A DNA stretch of 64,000 nt from Candidatus Spongiisociaceae bacterium (GTDB lineage: Bacteria > Actinomycetota > Acidimicrobiia > Spongiisociales > Spongiisociaceae): NCBI GenBank assembly GCA_965202665.1, contig OZ241841.1, positions 352,001 to 416,000 on the forward strand. Direction: 5' to 3'. The notes beneath the pieces are model-generated. The model worked only from the letters and a program-made list of their open reading frames with translations, was not told where the DNA came from and searched no databases. The position numbers and the translations under genes are program-made. This document shows positions 30,729 to 40,799 of this stretch, piece by piece. Position 1 is the stretch's first letter. Every line of letters begins with the position of its first letter.

Positions 30729-31753
30729 GCTCCCGCCTCCCTTCTCATCGGCTGTCTTTCCCACCAGTGGCGGGGGCGGCGGCCGGTTTCCAGCAACTCG
30801 CCGATCTGGGCGGCGATGTATTCGGAGTCGGGCATGTAGCGCTGCTCCAACTCGGCCGGGAAAGGGACGTTGGTGTCGGGGCTGGTGATGCGGATGGGCG
30901 GGGCGGCCAACTCCCCGAACAGTTCGCCGGTGACGTAGGAAACTATCTCGTTTCCCCAGCCGCCGGTGAAAGGGTTTTCCTCCACGGTGGCCAGCCGTTT
31001 GGTTTTGCCCACCGACCGCAACAGGAGCTCCTTGTCGTAGGGGAGCAACGTCCGCAAGTCGATCACCTCCGCCGACCAGGGGGCGTCCTCCGCCGCCTGC
31101 CGGGCGGCCCGCACCATGGACCCCAGGGCGACCACGGTGACGTCGTCCCCTTCCCGCAGGACTTCGGCTTTGCCCAAAGGGACGATCCCTTCTTCGCCGA
31201 CGGTCACTTCGTCCCGTCCGGCGTAGAGGGCGCGCGGTTCCAGCACCGCCACCGGGTTGTCGTCCCGCACCGCGGAGCGCATCAGCCCGTAGGCGCTTTG
31301 CGGCCCGGAGGCCACCGCCAACTTCAAGCCGGGGGCGGCGGTCATCCACGACTCCAAAGTCTGCGAATGCTGGCATCCGAACCCCAGTCCGGCCCCCACC
31401 GACCCCCGCACGGTGAGGGGCACTGTGACCGTCCCCCCCGACAGGTAGTGGAATTTGGCCGCTTCGGTTACCAGCTGGTCCAAAGCCACCCCCAGAAACT
31501 CGATGAACATTATTTCCACCACCGGGCGCAGTCCGGTGGCGGCCGCCCCCACCGCCGCCCCCAGGAAACCCATCTCCGAGATGGGGGTGTCCCGCACCCG
31601 TTTCGGGCCGTAGGCGTCCAGCAGGCCGGCCGAGGTTTTGAAGGGCCCTTCGGCCACCGCCACATCCTCCCCGAACACCACCACGTCCGGGTCGGCGGCC
31701 ATTTCGTCCGACAGGGCGGCGGCGATGGCCGCGTTCATTCGCAACTTGGGCAT
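30725..31753 (-). CDS. TPP-dependent dehydrogenase E1 beta subunit (PdhB/AcoB-like)
   Basis: GEDV, RVRDTPISE, QHSQ, EVIDLRTL. Confidence 0.93.
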   Translation of the reverse strand: MPKLRMNAAIAAALSDEMAADPDVVVFGEDVAVAEGPFKTSAGLLDAYGPKRVRDTPISEMGFLGAAVGAAATGLRPVVEIMFIEFLGVALDQLVTEAAKFHYLSGGTVTVPLTVRGSVGAGLGFGCQHSQTLESWMTAAPGLKLAVASGPQSAYGLMRSAVRDDNPVAVLEPRALYAGRDEVTVGEEGIVPLGKAEVLREGDDVTVVALGSMVRAARQAAEDAPWSAEVIDLRTLLPYDKELLLRSVGKTKRLATVEENPFTGGWGNEIVSYVTGELFGELAAPPIRITSPDTNVPFPAELEQRYMPDSEYIAAQIGELLETGRRPRHWWERQPMRREAGA

Positions 31754-31830
31754 GACCCGTTTCCCGCTTTCGTTGGCCGCTTTCTTGGCCGGTTTTGTCT
31801 GTTTGCCGCCAACACTATACCGCCCCGATC

Positions 31831-31846
31831 CTGGAAACGTATCCAG
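31831..31846. promoter_or_regulatory. Putative LacI-family operator CTGGAAACGTATCCAG
   Basis: Palindrome upstream of E1 beta, next to a minus-strand TATAGT -10 box at 31814-31819. Confidence 0.72.
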
Positions 31847-31879
31847 CCGGGGGGTTTGTTTCCCGCCTCCCGGTTTTCT

Positions 31880-32776
31880 TCATCGGGCGGCCGTCCGCCG
31901 GGCCGCCTCCCGCAGCCAGCGCACCCCGTCGGCCACCATCCGGTCTTCGTCGCTGCCCGCGGGCAGGGTGGCCAACTCCACGCAGGCCAGCCCGTCGAAC
32001 CCGCTTCGGGCGAAGATTCGCAGGGCCCCGGCCAAGTCCAGGCCGCCCGTCCCCAAAGCGACGCACGGCCACCATCCGGCCGGGTCGTCCCGGTCGGCGG
32101 CGGCCATGTCGATGTCTTTGACGTGCAGCATCATGACGTGTTCCGCCGTCAGCCGGGCCGCCTGCAGCAAATCCGAGCCGACCCGCACCACGTTGGCGGT
32201 GTCGAACACCACCCCCAACCGGGCCTGCGGAAAGCCGCCGTTGGCCCCGTTGACCCGCTCCACAAGTTCCATCAGGGCCGGGACCGACAGGGCGCAGTGG
32301 GTTTCCACCGCCAGCGACACCCCCCGCTCCGCCGCGTAACGGCAGGCGAACTCCAGGGCCGGGGCCAGGCGGGCCGCCGCGTCGGCCTCCGGTTCTTTCC
32401 GCCAATGGGTGAAAGTGCCGACCACGATCCGCATCAGCGGGATGTCCAGTTCGGCGGCGTATTCGACGCACCGCAGCATTTCCACCAGGCGCGGGGCGGA
32501 GCGGCCCATATGCAAACCGCTTTGCGGGCCTTCCGAATGCCCCCAGGCCAGAACCGCTTCCAGCCCGTGTCGGTTCAGGCGGGCGGCCAGTTCCCGCCGC
32601 CAAGCCGGGTCGTCCAGGCGGAGGTAGCAGGTTTCCAGGCTGACCCCGTCCGCCCGCAGGGCCGCCGCCCGTTCCAGGAAATCCCAGGTGTCCCAGCGGA
32701 GGCCCGGGTCTTCTTCGCCGTCCCGTATCTCCCCGAAGAAGCGGTGATAGGAGTAGGTGTCGATCCCCACCCGCAT
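31880..32776 (-). CDS. Sugar phosphate isomerase/epimerase (xylose isomerase-like TIM barrel)
   Basis: LAVETH, FDTAN, HVKD, LGTG-LD, VE metal-ligand pattern. Confidence 0.88.
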   Translation of the reverse strand: MRVGIDTYSYHRFFGEIRDGEEDPGLRWDTWDFLERAAALRADGVSLETCYLRLDDPAWRRELAARLNRHGLEAVLAWGHSEGPQSGLHMGRSAPRLVEMLRCVEYAAELDIPLMRIVVGTFTHWRKEPEADAAARLAPALEFACRYAAERGVSLAVETHCALSVPALMELVERVNGANGGFPQARLGVVFDTANVVRVGSDLLQAARLTAEHVMMLHVKDIDMAAADRDDPAGWWPCVALGTGGLDLAGALRIFARSGFDGLACVELATLPAGSDEDRMVADGVRWLREAARRTAAR

Positions 32777-32828
32777 TCGGGGCCTCCTTTCGCCGGCCCG
32801 GGTTCGCCCGTCCCGGCGGAGCCGTTTC

Positions 32829-33926
32829 CTATTCCACGCCGGGGACGGAGGCCAGGCCGCCGGTGCGCACGCTGTCGTAGGCGGCGGCCACCACCTCCAC
32901 CGTTTTGGCCCCCACGTCGGCGGGCGACCGGTTGGGGACGTCCAGGCCTTTGGTGAGGTCGATGAGGGCGTTGGGCGGGCCGTCGCACAGGTAAAGGCCG
33001 GCGTGGTCGGGCAGGTTCACTTTGTTGTCGGTTCCGTCCTCCCGGTAGTGCCATAGGAAATCCCGTTCCAAGTCGGCGATCAGCTGGCCTTCCGAGCCGT
33101 AGAAGCGCATCAGCAACTGATGGCGGGGCCACGGCTCCCCTTCCCCGCCGATGGCGTTGGCCGGGGCGGGGCAACTGGCGCCGCTCAGGGTTCCGGTGGC
33201 CCCGGAGGCGTAGCGGATGCTGATGGCGTCGTGCAGGTCCACCCGGGCCCCCACGTTGTTCATCAGGGCGAAAACGTCTTTGGCCCGCTCCCCGCTCAGC
33301 CACAGGGCCAGGCCCATGGCGTGGCTCAACTGGGCGGGCGCGTAGCCGCCGCCGGACATCGCCGGGTCGGTCCAAGTGTCCCAGTCGGGCATGAAATCGG
33401 AGGCCGAACCCTGGTAAGCCCCGGTGGCTTTCAGCAGTTCGCGGGTGCCGGAGGCCATCGCCACCCACATATGTTCGATCTGGCCGATGCCCCCCTCTTC
33501 GGTCATAATTTTTTTCGCCGCTATTCCCAGCGGGCGGTAGTGCCATCCGAAGGAGATGAGGAGATGCCGCCCCAGCCGTTGGGCCGTTTCGTGCAGGTCC
33601 CAGGCTTGGGCCGGGTCGATGGTGACCGGCTTTTCGCACAGCACGTTCAAACCCGCTTCCATGGCCGCTTTGGAATGTTCATGGTGGAACACGGAGGGAC
33701 TGGCCACGATGGCCGCGTCCAAGTCCATCTCCAGCGCCTCCCGGTAGTCTTCGGCGACGTGCTGGAAACCGAACTGGTCTTTCAGCAGTTGCAGTTCGTC
33801 TTGGCCTTTGCGCACCGCCACCACCAGTTCCACATCGTCGCGCTCGCGCAACACGGGGATGTGGTTGCCGGCCGCCCAAGAACCGGCTCCGATGATTCCG
33901 ACCCGCACCCGTTCGTTGGCTCCCAT
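32829..33926 (-). CDS. Gfo/Idh/MocA family oxidoreductase
   Basis: VGIIGAG, VLCEKP, SGGG; start MGANERV after a GGAGG RBS. Confidence 0.92.
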   Translation of the reverse strand: MGANERVRVGIIGAGSWAAGNHIPVLRERDDVELVVAVRKGQDELQLLKDQFGFQHVAEDYREALEMDLDAAIVASPSVFHHEHSKAAMEAGLNVLCEKPVTIDPAQAWDLHETAQRLGRHLLISFGWHYRPLGIAAKKIMTEEGGIGQIEHMWVAMASGTRELLKATGAYQGSASDFMPDWDTWTDPAMSGGGYAPAQLSHAMGLALWLSGERAKDVFALMNNVGARVDLHDAISIRYASGATGTLSGASCPAPANAIGGEGEPWPRHQLLMRFYGSEGQLIADLERDFLWHYREDGTDNKVNLPDHAGLYLCDGPPNALIDLTKGLDVPNRSPADVGAKTVEVVAAAYDSVRTGGLASVPGVE

Positions 33927-33962
33927 TTGCTCCGACCCTCCTTTGCCGTTTGAGTATCTTGG

Positions 33963-33978
33963 CAGGTATCGTTTCCAA
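33963..33978. promoter_or_regulatory. Putative LacI-family operator (minus strand TTGGAAACGATACCTG)
   Basis: Degenerate copy between the divergent Gfo/Idh/MocA and SDR genes. Confidence 0.6.
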
Positions 33979-34023
33979 CCATACACCAGCGGGGCCGCCG
34001 GCGGGCGGCGGGACGAGGGAGAA

Positions 34024-34773
34024 ATGACCGACCACGATTTTTACGGGACGTTGCCCGGCTTTGCGGGGCGGACGGCGGTGGTGACCGGGGCGGGGGGCGG
34101 CATCGGGCGGGCGGTGGCCGACGGCTTGGCCGGGCAGGGGGCCCGCACCGCCTATCTGGATGTGGCCCCGCCCCCCGATGTCGCGATGTTCGAAGGGCGG
34201 GCGGACAGGTGTTTCGTGGAATGCGACGTGTCGGACGCCGACTCGGTGGACGCGGCCTTCGGGGCGGTGGAGGCCCGATGGGGGACGGTTTCCATTTTGG
34301 TGAACAACGCCGGTATTTTCCGCATTCAGCCGCTGGAGGAAATGACTTTGGCGGATTGGGAGCGGATGCTGTCCGTCAACCTGACCGGGGTGTTCCTGTG
34401 CGCCAAACGGGCCCTGCCGGGGATGCGGGAGGCGGGTTACGGGCGGATCGTCAACCTGGGGTCCAGCGCCGGGAAAACGGGGGGGAGCAAAAACATGGCC
34501 GCCTACGCCGCCTCCAAAGCGGCGGTGATGTCGTTCACCAAGTCGGTGGCCTCCGAATACGCCGCCCACGGGATCACCAGCAACGCTTTGGCCCCGGCCC
34601 TGATAAACACCAGCATGGCGGAGGGCATAGCCGACCTGAAACATCTCATCCCGGTGGGCCGCCTGGGCGAACCGGAGGATGTGGCCCGGGCGGTCCTGTT
34701 CCTGGCCTCCGAGCAGGCTTCTTTCATAACCGCCGAAGTAATGGACGTAAACGGAGGCTTCCTAGTAGACTAA
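34024..34773 (+). CDS. SDR family oxidoreductase (FabG-like)
   Basis: TGAGGGIG, NNAG, YAASK; start MTDHDF. Confidence 0.92.
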   Translation: MTDHDFYGTLPGFAGRTAVVTGAGGGIGRAVADGLAGQGARTAYLDVAPPPDVAMFEGRADRCFVECDVSDADSVDAAFGAVEARWGTVSILVNNAGIFRIQPLEEMTLADWERMLSVNLTGVFLCAKRALPGMREAGYGRIVNLGSSAGKTGGSKNMAAYAASKAAVMSFTKSVASEYAAHGITSNALAPALINTSMAEGIADLKHLIPVGRLGEPEDVARAVLFLASEQASFITAEVMDVNGGFLVD

Positions 34774-36015
34774 ACAACACCCGTCCCTGAACCCAACCGC
34801 GCAGAATATCAGGGGCCGAAGGTTTGTTGGGCGGGGGCGGTGGCCTCGTGGGCGTGTTGCAGAAGGTTGTTCCAAGACACGATCAGCGAATTGTAAGCCA
34901 CCGCATCCTCGGTACGGCCAGCGCCGTTGGCCACCTCATATAACAGATAGGCCAGATGACGGGCGTAGTCGCCCAAACCCGGCCCCGCCCGAGCCAGCAA
35001 CACCCCGGCCTGGGCATCCGACCTGCCCTGGCGGGCCACCAAATGCTGAGTAAGCTCCCACACCGTCAACCGCCGATCCTCCGCCGGATCCCACTCCGGG
35101 TCCAACTCATCCCTGGTCAACAACCGCACCTTGCCGCCCTTGGATTCCGCCACCTCCGCCTCCACCACCCCCGACACCGACGTGTTCATCGCCTTCGCCA
35201 ACGTCTCCGCATCCCCAAACGGACCCGGCTGATGCCCAAACTGCCGATACCAAGTCAGGGCGAACCGACTGTCGGCATCCAAATCAGTTTCCTCCTGGGA
35301 CAGGATTTCTTCCAGCACCCCGTTAATCAAGGCAAGGGCGGTGCGCACCCGCATCGTGGAACCGTCCGCTTCCACCACCCGCTTATACCGGGAGAACACC
35401 CGCATACCCGGCCCGATAGCCGACTGCGCCATATCCACCGGCGGAATCGCCTGCTCCTGCAACAGCCCCACCGCCTCCGGTAATTCTTCCCGCAACGCCG
35501 CCAAAAACCCACCCCGCGTCTCCAACCGCGCATCCACAGAACGAGGCCGACAAGCCAACACCACCGACGACGACAACGCCGCGGCACCTTCGGCCACCGC
35601 CCGATTCGCCATCTCAGTTCGAACCGGCCACGTAGCAGTAACCTCTAAGCCAGCATCCACCAAGCCCTGCAAAAACGTCTCCCAACCGGTAGATGTTGTC
35701 GCCCCCTCTTTTATTTCCTGTTGCTTGAAAGCGTAAAAAATGGTTGCAGGAAAATCGGGATGTTGGACGCCAGAAATTTGCTCCATGACTTTGGTCATCT
35801 TCGATTCAAAATAGGACTTCGCCGCCACTTTGGAACCGGCTCGCCAAGGGTTCGCCACTAACTCCTCCTGTTTGGGAGTCAATAATGTCGCACACTCATC
35901 CGGCCATACTCTAGATAAGTTACGACGCAACCACACATAGTAAAAATCAGATATATCCGCATACTGTATATTATCGTAATAAGGCGGATCAGTACAAACT
36001 ACTGGTTTATTAATT

Positions 36016-37431
36016 GGCTCTTCGGATTTGAGGGGGGAGTTGGGGGTTAGGGGGGTTGCGTTGGTTTTGGGGTGGGGTCCTCCATAATCGGGGTTGTAAA
36101 CATATTCCCGAGGGTTAGGAGGACCCCTGTGGTGGCTGATTGTAGGCGGGTGAGTAGGGTTTTGGTGGGGTTGGATGGTGTTGAGGTGGTGGACGCGGAG
36201 GAGACGGCCGGGGGGTTGCTGGTGGTGGGGGTGCGGTTGGTGGGGAGTCCGCGGTGCGGGGGGTGCGGGGGCGGGGTGTTAAGTAAGGGTTGGAAGAGGG
36301 CGCGGTTGGTGGATCAGCCCTGTTTCGGCCGGGCGGTGATTTTGGAGTGGTTCAAACGGCGGTGGCGGTGTCCTGATGCGGGATGCGGGGTGGGGTCGTT
36401 TACGGAGCAGGACCCGCGGGTAGCCCCGCCGCGGGCCCGGTTGACTTCTCGGGCGGCTAGGTGGGCGACGCAGCAGGTGGGCCAGGGGCGGACGGTGTCG
36501 GGGGTGGCGGAGGAGCTTGGTTGCGACTGGCATACGGTGTCCAAGGAGGTGAACCGGTGGGGGGAAGCCCTGCTGGAAGCCGACCAGGATAGGGTGGGGA
36601 TAGTGGAGGCTTTAGGGTTGGACGAGACCCTGTTCCTCCGCCAGGGCCCTTGGCGGCGGCGGATGTGGATAACCGCGGCGGTGGACATCCGCAACCGTCG
36701 GCTGATCGACGTTTTCCCAGGTAAAGACGCTAAAGGAGCCGTACGGTGGCTGCTGGAGCAGCCGGCCGGGTGGCGGGAGAAAATACGATGGGCCACCCTG
36801 GATCTGTCCGGAGCTTACCGGGCCGCCTATAACCAGGCGCTGCCCAACGCCGTTCAGATCGCCGACCCGTTCCACGTCGTCCGGCTGGCCAACCTGTGCC
36901 TGGACCGGGTGCGCCGCCGCGTGCAAGAAGAAACCCTGGGACACCGCGGACGGAAAGGCGACGACCTCTACCGGATACGCAAACTCCTCACCCTCGCCCG
37001 CGAACGGCTCGACCCCCGCAGCGAGCAAAAACTGACCGGCCTCCTCCAAGCAGGAGACCCCCGCGGGGAAGTACGCGATGCATGGCACGCTAAAGAAACC
37101 GTACGGGGAATCTACCAAACCAACCACCCCTCCGAAGGCGACGAATACAACCGTCTGCTCGCCGCGGAACTCCAAGACCAATCATGCTCACCCGAACTCA
37201 ACCAACTCGGACGCACCCTCCACACCTGGCACCAACAGATCGTCGCCTGGCATCACGCCCAAGTAAGCAACGGACCCACCGAATCAGCCAACAACCTCAT
37301 CAAACGCGTCAAACGCGTCGCCTTCGGCTTCCGCAACTTCCGCAACTACCGAACCCGCATCCTCCTCTACGCAGGAAAACCCAACTGGAACCTACTCCCC
37401 AACCTCACTCCCCCCTAAAATCCGAAGAGCC
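36016..37431 (+). mobile_element. ISL3-family insertion sequence with terminal IRs and 8-bp TSD
   Basis: IRs GGCTCTTCGGATTT(G/T)AGGGGGGAGT; TSD TATTAATT at 36008-36015 and 37432-37439. Confidence 0.95.
36072..37418 (+). CDS. ISL3-family transposase
   Basis: CGGCG...RRWRC Zn finger, LGLDE, LDLS-AY, DPFHVV, SNGPTESANN-IKRVKR-AFGFRNF-NYR. The true start may be slightly downstream. Confidence 0.95.
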   Translation: MGSSIIGVVNIFPRVRRTPVVADCRRVSRVLVGLDGVEVVDAEETAGGLLVVGVRLVGSPRCGGCGGGVLSKGWKRARLVDQPCFGRAVILEWFKRRWRCPDAGCGVGSFTEQDPRVAPPRARLTSRAARWATQQVGQGRTVSGVAEELGCDWHTVSKEVNRWGEALLEADQDRVGIVEALGLDETLFLRQGPWRRRMWITAAVDIRNRRLIDVFPGKDAKGAVRWLLEQPAGWREKIRWATLDLSGAYRAAYNQALPNAVQIADPFHVVRLANLCLDRVRRRVQEETLGHRGRKGDDLYRIRKLLTLARERLDPRSEQKLTGLLQAGDPRGEVRDAWHAKETVRGIYQTNHPSEGDEYNRLLAAELQDQSCSPELNQLGRTLHTWHQQIVAWHHAQVSNGPTESANNLIKRVKRVAFGFRNFRNYRTRILLYAGKPNWNLLPNLTPP

Positions 37432-38585
37432 TATTAATTTCCCCTAAGCGCGCCACCGCATCTCGTTGACATACCTCGCCAAACTGAGAACTTGGTAATA
37501 TAGCGACGGCTCTCGCTACCCATTCAACCTGACCCAACCAATTGCCGGTAGAGGAAGAAAACGGGTTGGCCTCAGCATAATCCCACACCATAGCTACAGC
37601 CTGCCTACCAAAAAGACCTTGAACCTTTTCTCCTCCATCCCACCATCTTGACAGGCTATTCCATCGAACAGCACAACGATCTAAGGCAAAAGATAGGTAA
37701 GTAGTCATTGCATCCGCATAGGCGACATTACCTGTTCCACCATCCCTGAAATTTGCTTTGTCGTTATCCAATCCCGCGTGTAAAGCATCCGCTTCCGCCA
37801 TCGCTCTCACGTCTTCTAGCAAATCGGAAAAAGCATTCAACGCAGACAACTGCCTGTCAGTGAATAAATCTCCCCACTCCGTCATACCATATAAGGGAAC
37901 GTTGTTAGCGGCCTTACCAACCAGTCTACCGGTTGGTTTCCAACCCGCTGGAGAAGCATCCGGTATTTTGGACGGGTTTTGATATATACGACCGGGATTG
38001 CCCTCAAGAACAACACCTATAGGGGATTCACTCATCAATCCTAATCTGCCCTGCTCCCGAATATATTTAAACCCAATGGGCGCGCCGGTAGCTACGCAGA
38101 CGCCGCCTCCCCGACCCATGGTGCCTCCTCTTGGGGTCCCGCCTTCCCTAACCTGATAGGTCACCGTTTGGGTATCCCGATTCACAATCGGCTCCACCCA
38201 TGCTACCGGCTTGTTTTTTTTGGCTTTACGTAACACCCCGGATTTGAGAAGGGGAACATGGCCTTTCCAGGACGGGTCAGGGGACTGGACGGTCCGGGCC
38301 CACAACCAGGCAATTACCGTTTTGCCATCCACCTTCGGATACAGATGGCCGATACGCTCCCATGCCCGCTCTCGCATCCACTGCCCGTAGTATCTGATGT
38401 CCTCTGCCAAACCTTGCGCGCCCTCCCATGTCTTCAACCCCGACTCCGCCCGGCTTCTCGGATTGACCGGCGGCCGTCCCGCAAAGCGGGGCGGAATCTC
38501 CACCATCGCCTTCGTTATGAGAACCGGGACCGGATTTAGGTCGCCCCCGTACGCCGGCAGTCCCAGCCGTTGCGCCTCCAAAGGG

Positions 38586-38600
38586 CCCCCCCCCCCCCCC
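38586..38600. repeat. C15/G15 homopolymer in SAM-binding motif I of the DUF1156 MTase
   Basis: 15 consecutive C on the + strand; G14 would restore the frame. Confidence 0.9.
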
Positions 38601-39085
38601 GCAGAAGGGGTCTAAAACATTGGGCAAGTCATCCCCGCACGACGCCTTAATCTCGGCCTTGGCTTCGGCCAGCACATCCGGGTCGTTGCTGTTTTCCCAC
38701 ACCACCAAACGTTCCAGAATGTCAAACAGCCGCTTGCGCTCCGTCTTCTGGTCTTCCGCCGTGGGGAACCTGCCGGGATGGGCGGACGGGTCGTCCACCA
38801 GCGACGACCACAGCACAGCCCGCACCGCCGCCAGCGGACGGCGGGCCCACCACAGATGCAAAGTGGAAGGATGGCCGTGGCGGATGGACTTCTCGCGGGC
38901 CGACTCCCGGCTTATCGCCTCCAACGGCAACGCCACCTCAATCAGTTTTCGTTTCGGAGCCATCCATCTCCTCGGGGAAGTTTCCTCCAGCCTACCCGTC
39001 CCGCCGGGTCATCGCCCAACCCGGCGCGGGGATAAACCCTCCCCCCACCGGACCCGCTGTCATCCGCCGACGGTGAAACCTCTTC

Positions 39086-40504
39086 CTAGCCTGCCACCAT
39101 TGTGGTGGTCGTAGTCGTTGTGCTAGTAGTCGTAGTGGTGGAAGCAGTCCCGGTGATGACCGGTTCGGCAACGGCCGTAGAATCTACGGGTTCCGTAGTG
39201 GTGGTGGTAACAGCGGGGGTAACCTCGGTGGTAGAAGTCGTGGTAGTGGTCGTTGCCGCCTCCGTTGTGGTTACAATTCCTCCTTCACCAGGATCCCCGG
39301 CGTCGTCAGTCGATGGCGGGACGGTAGTCTCCTCACCCGGTTCCGGTACGGAAGAACTCGTTGTGCCCTCATTAGTTGGAATGGTGGGCGGAGGCGGATC
39401 GCCCTCCCCCGGTACCGGAGGCGGCAAAACAGTAGCCCCCTCCACCGTACCATAAACGGCACCCGCCGCCTCATAATAATCCCGCAGCTCGTAAGCGTCT
39501 GTCATCGCCGGTGGAAGCCTAGTGTCAATGCCAATACGCCCCTCCGTCAAAATATTACGCTCCTCCATCGCTTTTCTAACTCTTTTAACTAAATCCTCTA
39601 ATGGAATAATCAACTGACTTCTCACCTCATCATTAATAGCAAAATCTATATTCTGTGATGTAACTGTTATATCACCTTTATCATTTCTTTGTACAAACCA
39701 AATATCTATTGCAAACCAAGTTTCTACCGCAAGAGTATCAGGAGTAGTAAGGAAAAGCACTAACTCTTTACCTTCAAATTCGTTAGCAGTCCAAGCCTGC
39801 GGATAATCCATATGCTCTTCCTCAGAAATACCCGAACTTATTGCCTCATCAAACAATGCTTTAGATGGATAGATTCCATACAGTGCAACAGTTAATAACG
39901 GTGGACCTTCACCTATAATATAGTCACTAACAATAAAATCAGCAAAACACATATAAAAATACATTCGATCTAGGCTAGGCAAACCCGCCTTTATATCATC
40001 AGGAGCATAGCTTTCTAAAATAAAAGGATACGCTTCACACCGAGTCGAATCATCCTGCACTACACCCCTCACCACCAAGTGCGTCCCCATGGTATCGAGA
40101 CCATCAGGCCCTAACAATCTTGTCAGAAAATTCAACTCAGTAACCCCACTAATTGATGCTGATACACCTTTTGTTTCTCGACGTGAGGGCGAGCTCGGCG
40201 CACAAGGATCACCACCAGAACCGCCATCAACACTACAAGGCGTAACCTCACCCTCCAAATAAGCCCTATCGGAACGATAAACAACACGAGCCCCGGACTC
40301 ATCCGAAACCTGTTGCGACACCTCTATCGATGCCTCACTCCCCGAAGATGCCACACCAGAACCTTCCACACCCACCGAAGAATCCACAGGCAATACCTCG
40401 TCAGGAACCGTTAAGACACCTTCATCTGATACATTCGCGCACGCTTGCGCAAACAAGACCAAAGCCAGTAACATGCAAAGGATATGGCGACCAAACATCT
40501 TCAT
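39086..40504 (-). CDS. Orphan Cys-motif lipoprotein paralog 4 (apparently intact) with Pro/Thr-rich tail
   Basis: Lipobox-like AQAC; YLEGEVTPC..DPC, THLVVRG, STRCEAY, YMCFAD, DYIIGEGPPLLTV, FEGKELVLFL, LAVETW, EGRIGID; lower GC. Confidence 0.8.
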   Translation of the reverse strand: MKMFGRHILCMLLALVLFAQACANVSDEGVLTVPDEVLPVDSSVGVEGSGVASSGSEASIEVSQQVSDESGARVVYRSDRAYLEGEVTPCSVDGGSGGDPCAPSSPSRRETKGVSASISGVTELNFLTRLLGPDGLDTMGTHLVVRGVVQDDSTRCEAYPFILESYAPDDIKAGLPSLDRMYFYMCFADFIVSDYIIGEGPPLLTVALYGIYPSKALFDEAISSGISEEEHMDYPQAWTANEFEGKELVLFLTTPDTLAVETWFAIDIWFVQRNDKGDITVTSQNIDFAINDEVRSQLIIPLEDLVKRVRKAMEERNILTEGRIGIDTRLPPAMTDAYELRDYYEAAGAVYGTVEGATVLPPPVPGEGDPPPPTIPTNEGTTSSSVPEPGEETTVPPSTDDAGDPGEGGIVTTTEAATTTTTTSTTEVTPAVTTTTTEPVDSTAVAEPVITGTASTTTTTSTTTTTTTMVAG

Positions 40505-40799
40505 TCAACCTTTCCGTCAACCTATCGGGATTGTAGTCGCCTCCCGTCTTCGGTTGCCTCCATTGTAACACATCCCCCCTCCCGGTGCTAAACAAACCGG
40601 GAAATATTTTACGGCGAATGAATAGCTATTCCGAGTTGCGGATTAGCCGGCGCGATGTTGCCGAGAGTGGGGGGAGGAGGGTTAGCGGCGGAGGATGGGG
40701 GCGATCCAAAACCAGTTCCCATCCCTTGAGGTCATGGGGCGGGAACTTTCTTGGGGGGCGGGGTCGTCTAAAGGGCAACCTAACCGGAAGGAGGTTGCT

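Larger units (their letters stand above)
34809..38963 (-). pseudogene. DUF1156-family adenine-specific DNA methyltransferase, interrupted by ISL3 and a G15 frameshift
   Basis: [28 protein letters not shown]|PLEAQRLG. Removing the IS and one TSD copy restores [34 protein letters not shown]. Confidence 0.9.
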
